From: an uncultured Phycisphaerales bacterium
Lineage (GTDB): Bacteria; Planctomycetota; Phycisphaerae; Tepidisphaerales; Tepidisphaeraceae
Assembly (NCBI GenBank): GCA_963758525.1
Contig: CAVWVQ010000003.1
Span: forward strand, 4,576,001 to 4,640,000
Length of the DNA: 64,000 nt
Direction of reading: 5' to 3'
Below, one piece after another: positions 40,014 to 52,172 of the stretch. A model generated the notes under the pieces. It had not been told where the DNA came from and did no database searches. It saw only the letters and a list, made by a program, of their open reading frames with translations. The translations under genes were made by a program, and so were the position numbers. Positions within the stretch are counted from its first letter, which is position 1; each line of letters begins with the position of its first letter.

Positions 40014-43000
40014 CTATTTGTTCTTCAGCACGTCTGTCCAAGTAACGGGCCCGGATATCGGCAGCGGTCCCGCGAGCGCGGGGGGCGGAGGCGTGCCGAC
40101 TGCGACGTACTTACCGCCCACAACCTTCACCGTAATGGCGTAATTCCAAGCATAATATTCGAGGGGAACCATAACGCTGTTCTCGCCAGCAGGGCGGTAC
40201 ATGATAAATGTCTTGAACGCGTCTCGGGCGTCTGCTCCCAAAACTCCTGGATCTACTCCGTCTGTGGAGGGACTATCCCAAAAGAACTGAGGCGATGACC
40301 CATCGGCCGGAAAATCCATTGTGCCTGCAGTCGTCGGAATGAGCTGTGCGGGGAGTAGGTTGTCTAGGTCAAATCGCCCGCGGGTGTCATACACGGTTTT
40401 CGGTACCAAGCCAAATTCACGGCGGACAGAACGAACAAGTTGCACAAAGTTCCATATTCCAGAGTTATACCAGGGCTCGGTCACGTTGGCATTGATGGTG
40501 AGCCCATACGACCCGGCGCCGGTTGAGAACAATCCGAACGAGGAACCACCTGCGGTGACCCGAGCTGTGCCGATAGCTGCGGATGACTCCACGAACGGCG
40601 AATCTAAGTCGAATGCGGACCCCGCTTTGATCACCACGCCATTGGCAAGAGTGACTTGCAGGCCAAGATTCTCCGTCTTGTACCCGGCCGCCGGTCCCGT
40701 CTTTTGTAACCAGTAGAAATAAATGCGCCGCTGGTTGGTGCCGGTATGCTCATCCATCACATCGGCTCCGTCATCGGGCTGCAACGAGGTAGATTGCGCG
40801 GCCTTTACGTATGCACTATAACTGTGATACGCAACGCCCGGGTCGGGTACCGCCCAACTATATCCAGCGCCAACCAAAAGCCCCGCAGGGGCCTCTACGA
40901 CAGCGCTGGCATCAACGATTTGCCCTACCAGCCATCTGTTTTCTTCGTTCGAGATATCTGTGTCCGCAAGATGGTCACCATTCGGATCATCGTTGAGAAT
41001 CATTTTGAGGCGCACTGCCGTTGCCGGCTCTGAAATGGCGCTGGCGATGGGTGGAAGCACGCCGGCGGTTGCCGGCTGCTGATCGAAGAGCGTAAATTGG
41101 ACGTCGCCAAGTCTTGTACTCCCACCAGTGACGCCGACGTAGAGCGTGTCTGGAATTGCATCAGTTCCGACGGTCCAGATCTTTACACCCCCGGTGCCCC
41201 ATGGAACCTGGTGGTAAACGCCGTCCGGGGATTTGCTCCATAGATCAACGATGGCAGAATTTGTTGCGCTCAGTACTACGGTGGTTCCGGCGGGCTGATT
41301 CTGCGGAAGCGTGAATGTTAGCGGCACCAAGTTCGATTTCCCGTCACCGCTGCCCTGCAGAATGATGCCATCGGAGCCGTCACCGAGCTTGACGCTCAAT
41401 CCATGGGAAGCATCGACTACCGGCGCTTCCACAGCGCTAAACAGGTAGCCGGCTCCGGCCAAAATACTCGCTTTTAATATTGAGCCGATATCTGGCGTTG
41501 TATTGACGGGCGTGACGGGTATCACCACGTCCTGCTCGCCGGCACCGAAATTCACCTGCGTCGGCAAAGCGCTGTAATCCGTGCCCGCAACTGCGGTGCC
41601 GGCGTAGTTGGCAGTCACTGTCAGCGGGGAACTCGGATCGCCGGTGCGGTGGAAGTCGAGGTAGCCGTTCTGCGGGTTGCCGCCGGGGCCGGCGAAGGTG
41701 GCGGTGATCGGGAGGGCCGTGACGCTGACAGTTGGAAGAGTTACCAGGGCGCTCGCGGTGTTCGAGAAAGCGGACGAGCCGCTGCTGTTGGTCGCTTCAA
41801 CTTGGTAGTAGTACGTGACGTCCGGCTGCACGGAAGTGCCGGAGGTTCCAGTCGCATCGAGATAGCTCGTCACGTCAGCAGCGACGGTGAAGGTCTGCAG
41901 ATCGGTTGAAAAGTCGGCGCTGGTGCTGCGCTGGATGGTAAACCCGGTTTCATTAGCCGAAGTGTTGTCCCAGAGCAGCCGGATGCCGCCGGAAGTCGGG
42001 GCGGCCGAGAGGCCGTTCGGCGTGACCGTGCGCCGCCCGAGAGCGTGGCGGCCGCGGAGAATTTCGATTCCTCCAAATATCCTCCGTCCTCGTCTGGCGC
42101 TGTGGTCATCGCGGTGACCACATAGGTCGCACCGGCCTGGCCGTAGAGTTCGGCGCTGGTCGTGGAAGAATCGACAAACGTCTCCGCGCTGCGGGTTCCG
42201 TCGGCGTCCGCCTCATAGACCATGAAGCCGACCATGTTCGGCGTGTCCAGATCATAGGACCAGCTGACGTCTGCCGTATCGGTCCCGGAGCCTGGAACGA
42301 CGGTGATGCCGGTCGGCGCGGAGGGAAGCGTGCCGGGCGTTGTGACGGTGACCAGCGAGGGCGCGGACAGGGCCAATGTAGACGGATCCATCGCCTGTGC
42401 CCAGATCGTGTACGTTGTGTTCGGGTTTACCGAGAGCACATCATTGCCGTAGCCCCACCACCAGTTGCTGTCCAGCCCAGGATATTCAGGACTGCTGAGG
42501 GTGAGAATAAGCAGGTCACCGTTGGAGTCCGAGACGGAAAATGAACTGGGCTGCAGGTCGCTGATCGTCAGCCCGGTGGGCGCGGCCGGCCCACCGGGGT
42601 CGCCGGTGAGGAACTGCCCCGAAGAAGTGCTGGCCGATTTGACGGCGGAGTAAATCATTTCCCCTCCCTTGTCGGCCCGGAGGCGGAAGGAATAATTCAT
42701 GTCGCTGGCCAGTCCGCTCACCACGTAACTCTGAGCGCTGGATGCCGTGGAGCTTCCCAAGTCGGCTATTTTATGAAAGTTCGGATCGCCAGGCCCCGTC
42801 TGCTCGAGCTCCAGATGGGACCCGTCGGAAGCCGAATACGAAATCTGGATGGACGATGTTGAGGCGGCCGCGGCGCTGATGAGAATCGGCATGACGGGAG
42901 CCGAGGTCGCGGGGGCCGACGGCGTCGTGACCTCCGACGCCCCGGTCGCCGCAGAATCTCCGGTGGAGTTCGACGCAGATACCTCATAGGTGTAGGTCGT

Positions 43001-46000
43001 GCTCGGCTGGGCGTTGGAATCCACATAATCCGTGGTCCCGGAATCGACCGGGATCGACTCGCCATCGGGGGCTCCATCCAAAAGCCGTTGCACGTTGAAT
43101 GTCGTTTCGCTGGAAGATTCGTTCTGCCAGACCACTTCCACGCTGCCGGAAGACAACGCGACTGCGGCGACGTTGCTTGGAGCAATCAATGGCGTCGCCG
43201 CCGAAGCAGAGGGATTGGTTCCATCCGCCTCGCCGGAATCGTTGTAGGGGATGACTTGGTAGGTGTAAGCGGTGCCGTCGCTCAAGCCGGTATCGGAATA
43301 GCTTGCGCTCGCGCCAGAGGGCTGATCGACTGAATCGATCGCTTCAAACGTGGTGTTGACGGGGTCCTTGCGGTCGATCTCGTAGCCGGTTGCGCCGGTG
43401 ACGGGCGTCCAGGTCAGCGTGATTTGCGATGCGGAATCGGCTGACGCGGCGAGGCCCGCGAGGGACGCGGGAGTCGTGGTTGCGCTCGTCGAACTTGAGG
43501 CGGCGGAGGTTGCCGACGAAGTGGTCGCCACGACCTGATAAGTATACCCGGTGCCGGGGGAAAGGCCCTCGTCATCGTAAGTGGTTGTGTCGGAATCCGT
43601 GGTTCCGATCGTCGTGAAGTGAACGCCGTCGGTGGAGCGCTGAACGGTAAAGCCGGTCGCGCCCGACGAGTTGTTCTCCCAAGTCAAGTCGATCTCCGTG
43701 CTGGAGATCGTGTCGGCGGTGAGCTGATCGGGAGCAGCGATCGGCGTAGTGACGGCGCTGGACATGGCAGCCGCGGAATCGCCGACGGCGTTGCTGGCCA
43801 GAACCTCATACGTGTAGGCAGTGCCATCCGCCGCGCCGGTGTCGGCATACGTTGTCGTCGAGCCGTCCACCTGGTCGTAGGGAGAGAAGGTCGTGCCGTC
43901 GGTGGACATCTCGATGATGTATTGATCGGCTCCGCTGGCGGCCGTCCAACTCAAATCGACCTCGTTGCTGCCGTTGACGGCGGCGACGAGGTTCGACGGA
44001 TTGGACGGAACGGCAAGCTCGGCCGCCGCGCTGCTCTCGGCGGACGCGACGCCTTCGCCGGAGGGATAGGTGGCAGTCACGGTGTAGTAGTACGGCGTGG
44101 ATGTAGTCTGCGCATCCGTGTAGCCGGCCTCGGTGAGGCCGGTCTGGTATGGGGTTGTCCCTTCACCGCCGGTCGTGGTTGAGCGGTAGAGATTGTAGCT
44201 GGACGCGCCCAGCGCCGAATCCCAACTGATATCGATGGCGTGATCGCCCGGCGTTGCCCACACTTCGCCTGGCCCGACCCGGCCGGGAGCCGCGTTTGCT
44301 TCGGCGCTGGCCGAGCTCATTCCCAGCGGATTGATCGCCTGAAGCGTGTAGTAATACGTCGCGCCATCCGTGAGGCCCGTGTCGGTGAAGGTCGGATCGC
44401 TCAACCCCGAAGCGACAGGCGTCGCGCTCTCGCCGCCGGCGGTTGTCCCGCGATAGACATCGTAGCTGCCGGCGTCCACGCCGCTGTCCCAAGTGAGAAC
44501 GACGCCTTGCTCCGCGGGCGTCGCAGTGACCCCGGTCGGAGCGTCAGGCGCGGTGGTCACATCCGAGGCATAAGCCTGACCCGTCAGCGAATCCGCCGAG
44601 TCGGCGACGTCGATCATATCCAAGCCGCCGGCCCCGCCGGCGGTATAATCCCCCGTCGCGGTGATCGTTCCCCCTTCGCCATCGCTTTCGACCGACCACG
44701 TGAACGTCGTCGGCTGGGTCGTCATCGCGTTGCCGAACTGATCGGCTTCCACTGCGACAAACGGCTCGGACATTCCCGCCACCAGCACCGGCCCCGCTGG
44801 CGTGACATCGATGCTGGTTGCGATCTGCGTCACCGTCAGTGACACGCTGCTGGTCACGGCCAGTCCCGCCACGTTGGTGATCGTCGCCTGGAACGTGTAA
44901 TTGCCCGCGACCTGGAAGAACGCGAGCGCGTCTTTGGCCGTGTTCGTCCCGGCGTCGGTGAACGTCGGAGCCGGCGCACCCGACGGAGCGGAGGTGGTGG
45001 TCCACGCGTAGGTCAAACCGCTCTCGCCGTTCGCATCCGCGCCGAGCACATTGAGAGTTGCGTAGGTGCCATCAGTCGAGAGCATCGCTGTCGAAGCGGT
45101 GGCAACCGTCGGAGGGCCTTCGGCAACGGTCGCCGATGCCGAGCCCGTCACGGACCCCGACGTTGCGGTGATGGTCGTGGAACCGACCGACGTCGGCGCG
45201 GTGTAAAGGCCGGTCGAGTTGATCGAGCCGGCTCCGGTCGCGGACCAGGTAAACGTCGGCTGCGTCGTCAGCGCCGTGCCGAACTGATCGAGACCGCTGG
45301 CGGAGAACTGCGTTGCCTGGTTCTCGTTGATTGTCGGAGTCGCTGGCGTCACCGCGATGCTTGTGAGCGTCAGGCTGACCGTTACGTTGACGGCACTGGA
45401 CGTGCTCGTATTGTAGTTCGCGTCGCCAGCATAGACGGCGGTAATCGAATCGGTGCCAACGGGGAGGGCCGTCGTCGAGAAACTGGCGACTCCGGCGGCG
45501 AGCGTGGCGGTGCCGATGGTGGTGCTGCCGTTCTTGAACGTCACCGAGCCGGCGGGTGTGCCGGCGCCGGGAGCGACGGGGCTCAGCGTTGCGGTGAAGG
45601 TGATGTTCGCGCCCGCGGCGCTGCTGGAGAGCGCGGTGGTGGTCGAGGAGTGGTTGACGGTCTGAGTCAGCGTGTTGGAGGTTTTGGAGTTGAAGTTGCC
45701 GTCGCCGGCGTAGACGGCGGTGAGAGCGGTATGGCTGCCCGCCGGGAGCGTCGTGGTGGTGAACGTGGCGACGCCGCCGGAGAGCGTGGCGGTTGCGAGC
45801 GCAGTCGATCCGTCCATAAAGGTGACGGTTCCGGTGGGCGTGCCGACGCCGGGGCTGACGGCTGAGAGCGTGGCGGTGAATGTCACGCTTTGGCCGTAGC
45901 TGATGACGCCGGTCGTGCTCTTGGCAAGCGATTCGGCCGTCGATGACGGGTTGACGGTCTGGGTGACGGCGCTGGAAGTGCTGGTGCTGAAGTTGGTGTC

Positions 46001-47436
46001 GCCACTGTAGACGGCGGTGACCGGGTGCGACGCGGCTGCCAGCGAGCTGCTCGTGAAGGTGGCAGCGCCGCTCGAAAGCGTAGCGGTGGCCAGCGTCGTC
46101 GATCCGTCCATGAAGGTGATCGTCCCCGTCGGCGTTCCCGCGCCGGGGCTGACGGCGGCCATCGTCGCGGTGAAGGTCACGCTCTGGCCGTAGATGATCG
46201 GCGCGGTGGTGCTCTTGGTGAGAGTCGTGGTGGTCGAAGACTGGTTGACGGTCTGGGTAGCGGCGCTGGAGGTGCTGGTGTTGAAGTTGGAATCGCCGCC
46301 GTAGACGGCGGTGATTGATGGATGGCTGCCGGTGGCAAGGGAGGTTGTGGTGAAGGTTGCGACGCCGCCGCCAAGCGTGGCGGTTCCGATGGCTGTGGAC
46401 CCGTCCTTGAACGTGACGGATCCCCAGGGCGTTCCGATTCCCGGGGAGACTGCCGCCATCGTGGCGGTGAACGAGACGCTCTGGCCGAACCTGATGGCGC
46501 CGGTGGCGTTTTTGGTCAGCGCGGTGGTGGTCGATGACTTGTTGATCGTCTGGGTGAGGGCGTTGGAGGTGGCGGCGGCGAGGTCGGGACTTCCGCCGTA
46601 GATGGCGCTGAGCGAATGCACGGCCGCTCCCAGCGACGCGGTGGCGAGCGTCGCGACGCCGCCGCTGAGCGCAGCGGTTCCCAGGACGGTGCTGCCGTCC
46701 ATGAACAGGACGCTGCCGGCGGGCGTCTCCACGCTGCTGGAAAGCGTGGCGGTGAAAGTGACGCTCTGCCCGAAGGTGATGGCGGTGCTGGTGCTCTTCG
46801 AGAGCGTCGCGGTCACCGCGCCGGATGCGGCGCTGTTGCTGACGGCTCCGCTGATGATCACCTTGCCGGTTCCCGCGACCGTCAGCGAGTGCCCTTTGGT
46901 GTCGATGTTCCCGCTCAGCGTCAGCGGGTTGGCAATATCATCATTGTCGGTAACGACCAGATTGCTATCGAGGCTGATCGGCGCGGCGATCGTCGCGCCC
47001 GCGACCGTGCCGCTGGCGAGGGTGAGCGAGGCGGACGAGCTTCCGTTGTCGAACGTGAGTATATTCCCAGCCGATATCGTCTGTGTCTGCCCGACGCCGC
47101 CGGTGAGCGCGGTATCCCCAAAAAGGGCCGATTGCACCGTGATATTCTGGGCGAGTGCGATGCTCTGAGTCGTTGTTAGATCAGCACTTAAGTTCGCCGA
47201 GTCGGCCGACGAATTGGGGAACGCGCTGCTGGGACTCCAACTGGCTGCCGCCGCCCATGTTGGGTTGGCGCTCGCAAGATTTTGCCACGCGTAGGCGGTG
47301 AGCATCTGGCGCGATTCGAGGGATTCCACGACCGCATTGACGGCCGGCCGTAACGCGGCGGCGCGAGGAGGGGATGGCTTGCTCTTTTTGCCCGATCGCT
47401 GCGCGCGGATCTTCCCGCTGAATTGTTGGATTGCAT
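40014..47436 (-). CDS. Giant LEPRxLL surface protein (~2470 aa): Ig-like repeats, FN3 repeats, Calx-beta-like domain, low-GC C-terminal domain (frameshifts near 47350 and 42040)
   Basis: VESLESRQML; GQSVTFTA Ig repeats; FN3 LTWENNS...GFTVQRSTDG; across 42040 the frame continues as TVTPNGLSAAPTSGGIRLLWDNTSANETGFTIQRS into ORF 40014..41873. Confidence 0.85.
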
Positions 47437-47868
47437 AAAGGGCCCGGTTTTGCTGACTATCCGCCCAAAGAAGCGACTCGCGGCGAGTGCACGTGAGGCA
47501 CCCGTCGCAATGAAAACAACGCGGCAGTGAGGCTCACCTCACGGGCCACAACAAAACTAATCAAAACGGAGGAGGAGAAAGGACTTCGTTCAGCCCCCGA
47601 GCCTTCCCATTCGTTACGGGCGATAAATTAAACTTCGATCTCAAAGGTGTCAACAATAATCTTTTTTGGTTTTTCGGTTTGCAGATTATTGCTGTATCAG
47701 GCCGCTGGATGTGCAAAGCGAACCGGATGATGTGTCCGCCGGCGGCAGCCGGTTGCTGCATCCGCCGGCGATCCGCCATCGTCGGTTAGAATCACATACG
47801 CCGCGAAACGGGGCGGCGCGGTTTGGAGCGTTGGCTCTTGTCGAACTGGAAAAAATAATGTGCCAATT

Positions 47869-47898
47869 CGTGCCATTTCGTGCCATTTCGTGCCACTT
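47869..47898. repeat. 10-bp tandem repeat GTGCCATTTC
   Basis: gtgccaattc gtgccatttc gtgccatttc gtgccacttt; array begins near 47859. Confidence 0.6.
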
Positions 47899-48434
47899 TA
47901 CGGGTGAAGCTGAGGTCGGGGCTTTCTTGTTCAAATTCGGGCGGCAGTAAAGGTCGCACCGCAGACGGGGGATTTCAGCCACGAGTCAGGAGTTCGGAGA
48001 CAATCAGGCTGCGCCGCAGCCGCAGAGCGCTTCCGACGGACGGTCCGTTGGCTTTGGGAGAATCACAATCAAGGTGGATTGCCGTCTGCGAAATCTGTTA
48101 GAGACGGTTTGGATGGATAGCTCATCATGGAAAGCGGAGAGCGCCGTCGAGGATTCTCGCGGAAGTCGAGGAATGGTCCGCACGGCGGCTCGACGCTTTC
48201 GGCCATTCGAGGCGTACCTTAGGAGCCGCCGAGCGGACCCTACGTTTCTGGAACAGAGGGAATCGTCGGCACAGGAGAAACCGGAGCCAATCAATGTCGC
48301 ACGGGGGCGAGCGAAAAGGATACCGTGATGCAATCACAACAGATCGGCGTGGACAGCCGCAGGCTCAGCACCAAGGCGCACACCGATTGGCAATGCGCGG
48401 AGGCTATGGCCGAGCGCATTGAAATCAATGAGCG

Positions 48435-48566
48435 AATGGCCACAAAAAACACAAAAACACAAAAAGGAAATAGAGCGGCGACACGCAATAGCAGAAAGTG
48501 AGCCGGAAGCTGCTCTCGTCCCCAGGCTCTCTTTTTTTGTGTCGTTTGTGTTGTTTCGTGGCAATC
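48435..48566. repeat. Inverted element with A-rich 9-bp subrepeats
   Basis: GCCACAAAAAACACAAAAACACAAAAA ... TTTTTTTGTGTCGTTTGTGTTGTTTCGTGGC. Confidence 0.65.
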
Positions 48567-48962
48567 ACTCTTTTGGGCTGGCGCGGCTGGAGGGCGGCGA
48601 AGGAGGCGCGTCGTACGCGGCGAGCGTGCGGGGATACCCCGTTTTCAGCAAAGGCGCGCAACTGTTGCGCGCGGTGTCGCGCCAGGCTGGAGAGCATCCC
48701 GCGGAAGGAAAAGGAGTTGCGCGGCGGATGCGACATGCGGCGCTGCAAAATCTGTCGCGCGATGTCGCATGAGCGGTAAAGGAGAGCGACGGAAGCAAGG
48801 AAGACAGTTGGGGGCTGTCATGCTCGCTTCACGAAGCACGCCGGGGTGGGAAGGACAGGATACGCGCGGATCGGCATTTGTTCCGCGGGGAAAATGAGAA
48901 GTCCGGCCGATGTAGACCTCCCGCGGGTGGCATCGTGGTAAGCTCATGGCACCGGGAAGCGC

Positions 48963-49100
48963 ATGGACGACACGACTATTCATCAGGCACTGGAGACAGC
49001 GGAGGCGCATCATCGGGCGGGGGAACTGCCGCAGGCGGAGGCCATTTATCGGCAGGTGCTCTCGCTGCATCCCAACGATGCGGACGCGCTGCAGAAGACT
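48963..49100 (+). pseudogene. Truncated TPR-protein N-terminus
   Basis: MDDTTIHQALETAEAHHRAGELPQAEAIYRQVLSLHPNDADALQ; the TPR pattern stops where the GH2 3' repeat begins. Confidence 0.72.
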
Positions 49101-49102
49101 GG

Positions 49103-49418
49103 CTACTCCCGCTCCGCGGCCGCGAAGCGCAGAAGATTCAGCAGGAGTCGATCGGCGGCGGGATCGACGCCGAGGTTTTCAAGGATTTGCAATGCATTGA
49201 GCACGATGCTGCCGGCTCCGTGGTCGTGGACGGACAGCAGCACGCCGGAGCGGTATTCATCGGGATGAATCCGGCAGAGGTGGGCCGCGCAGATGATCTG
49301 TCCGCCGGCGTCGACGTCGACAAAACCGGTGAGCGGAAGCAACCGGGCGAAGATGCGGTCGTCGAGGAGGCCTTGTGTGCCCAGGCCGTCGAGAATCGGG
49401 TGGTTGATTCCCCATGCG
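49103..49418 (-). repeat. 316-bp direct repeat, copy B (current 3' end of the GH2 gene)
   Basis: Matches 35544-35859. Confidence 0.95.
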
Positions 49419-51914
49419 TCAATCGGCTGCCCGGCGGCGCGCAGGGCGGAAATGGTCGCAAGCTCGCCGGCAGTCAGCCAGCCGTCGGTCTCGGAAGAGC
49501 GGAAGAAGTCAGGCGTGAGAACGAGAATGACCGACCCTTCGTCGGCTCGCTCGCTGAGCGAGCCGAAGGCGGTTGCGGGGTCGATTCCCTCGGGGGTGCT
49601 GGTGACCAGAACCACTTCTCCGCGCTTCCCGCCTGGGTCCTGCGCCGTCGTATGGGAGAATGGAATCCCGCGTTCGTTGAGCCAGCGGGCGAGAATGGCG
49701 TTCTCGCCCACGAGTTTGAGGTGGGATGGAACGTACGAAGCGAGCGGCGGGGCGACGAGAAATTCGAGTTCGTCCGCCGCGGCGGAAGCGCCTTGCTCGA
49801 ACGTCGCGGTCAGCCGGTATCGGCCGGGCGTCGTCTCGATCGTCAGGTCTTCGGCCAGGACAGCGTGCGCACGCGGCGAGCGGCCGGCTGGAACATCGAG
49901 GAGCGTTCGCCGTTCGAACACGATCGCGTTGGTCGGATCAAACACCTGAATCAGGAGCGGATAAGCCGCCGGCGGGAGTGAATGTTCGGTTGCCAGCAGC
50001 GCCTCGATGCGGACGCTTCCCCCCTGCGCCACGAAGCGCGGCTGGGCAAAGAGACACCATCGAACGGGCGAAAGACCTTCGGCGACGCCCGCCATGGTGG
50101 TTTGGCGGGGATCGCGGAACGCAGTGAGGACTCCCGAGCCGCTGCCGATGTCGTCTGTCATCCCGAGCGTGAGGCCCACGATCCGCGGATTGGCGCAGGG
50201 CGGTCAGCACCTCGAGCATTCGTTGCTCGGTTCGGGCCGCAGCCCGCGAGAAAAAGTCCTCGGCCCTGCCGAAAACATGCTGCATGCCCCATGCGTCCCA
50301 ATCGCGGAGGAATTGTTCCAGCCCCGCCGCCCACAGGCGCGCATCCTCTGAGTCGCCTCTTCCGGTCTGCTCGAATCGGCGATGCGCTTTGAGAAGATTC
50401 ACGGTCCCGGGCGTCCGCCAATCGGAAACGAAGACCGGGGTCTGGTCGGCCTCTCCGAGCGAACGGATGGTGTCGGCGTCGGTATCGCTCAGCGGCAACG
50501 GCACGGAAAGATGGAAGTCGCCGCCGAGCGGCAGCACGTTCCACTCAGCCGAGCCGGGATTGCTCATAGACGCGAAGTCCGGGTTGTCGTCGTCTCGGCC
50601 GCTGTTGAGCGCGATCATCCGCGAATCGTCCAGAAATGCAGCCTGCGGGAGCGCTTCGGTTGCGTGCTTGAATACCAGCCGATCGCTGGTGTCGGTGAGC
50701 AGGCCCCACATAACGACAGACGGATGATTGCGATCGCGAAGGATCATCTGCCGGAGGGAACGATCGAAGTGTTCTTCCAGCGCATCGGACGGCTGCATGT
50801 TCCACGCCGCGTAGTTCTCCTCATAGACCAGCAGTCCCAGCTCATCGCAGAGATCGAGTTGCGCGGGAAGCGCCAACCCCGCCATGAAGCGAACGGCATT
50901 AAATCCCATGGCTTTGAGGCAGAGCAATTCGTGGCGAAGCACGTTGGCATCAAGCGGAACGGCTTGCCCGACTGGAAAATGGTTGAGCGTCCGCGCGCAT
51001 TTCCAGTACAGCCGGCGGCCATTCAACCGAAACTCGTTTTCCGCAAATCGGAAATCACGGAATGCGAACCGGGCGGAAACCTCGTCGCCGCGTCCTCCTG
51101 ACTCTGGAAGGACTCGCGCGGTGAGCCGGTAGAGATATGGATCGTCCGGCTCCCACAGCCGCGCGGCCGAGATTGGCACCTGCGTTTCAAACAGCGTCTG
51201 CCCCGGTTGAAGCGTGCGGCTGGTGTTCCCCGCCTGTAATGTTTCTCCTCCGGTCGAGGCGGCGACGCTGAACTTCAAATTGGCGGGGACCGCCGCCTCG
51301 GTTGTATTCAGCACCAACGTCAGCACGTTCAGTATCCCGTTTTGCGGGTTCGGCTTGGCAATCAGTTCGGAGATATAAAGAGCAGGCCGGCAGAGAATCT
51401 CGACCGAGCCGACGATACCGCCAAAGTTGAAGGACGACCCGACGGCTGGCACGTCTGACTTGTTGCGGTGGGGAATCTGATGGAGCGACAGGCCGTCGAC
51501 CGCCTGATTCGAGGGGTTCAGGACGCGAACGCACAGGAGATTGCGTTCGCCGGGCCGGATCGAGTCGGAAATATCGAGGACGAACGGGCTCTGCGCGCCG
51601 TCGTGAGTGCTGATGCGCTCGGCATTGACCCAGACGTCCGCGCGATAATCAACCGCGCCAAAACGGGCGAGATAGCGGCCCTGCGGATGCGGATTGCGGG
51701 CGGGAATAAATTCGCACCAGTACCAGGCGATGCCGTGGTAGTCGGGATAAACCTGCTGGATCGTGCCGGGGACTGGCGCCGGGTGCGCGTCGTCGCGGGC
51801 GGTGGTGTACCAGCGCTCGGCTATGCCCAGGTTGTTCGGATCGACGGCGCAGGACCAGGTTCCGTCAAGCGATTCGACGCCGCGGTAGGTGCCGCTACGG
51901 TGCGGAAGGTTCAT
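49103..51914 (-). CDS. Glycoside hydrolase family 2-like protein (frameshift near 50180)
   Basis: SLDGTW, FGAVDYRADVWVN, LWEPDDPYLY, KAMGFNAVR, LCDELGLLVYEE, RDRNHPSVVMWG. Confidence 0.88.
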
Positions 51915-52172
51915 GCACGCGGTTTCCCTGGAAAAACGTCAGGCAGGCGCGGCGAACAACACCACAACCCACTTTGCCGCCGGATTATAGTCGATGGGAA
52001 ATGAGCCTGCGAGGATGACGCCCTCTTATCGGACGAGCCGTCGCGATCTCTCCAACATACCGCACGTCATGCTAATATTTCAGCGGGCGACCTCCGCTTC
52101 CGCGGCCTAACCTGCGAAGCGGCCGACTGTCAGATATTGTGGCGAACGGGTCGATTGGAGAGCATTTCGGCG

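Noticed and set aside
47705..47765. c-di-GMP-I riboswitch-like sequence (GCAAAGC...GGCAGCCGGTTGC)
   Set aside because: The first stem with its GNRA loop is missing and it points away from the adhesin gene; looks like a simple hairpin
47950..48900. Short ORFs between the giant gene and the TPR remnant
   Set aside because: No motifs, overlap with simple repeats, and no consistent frame
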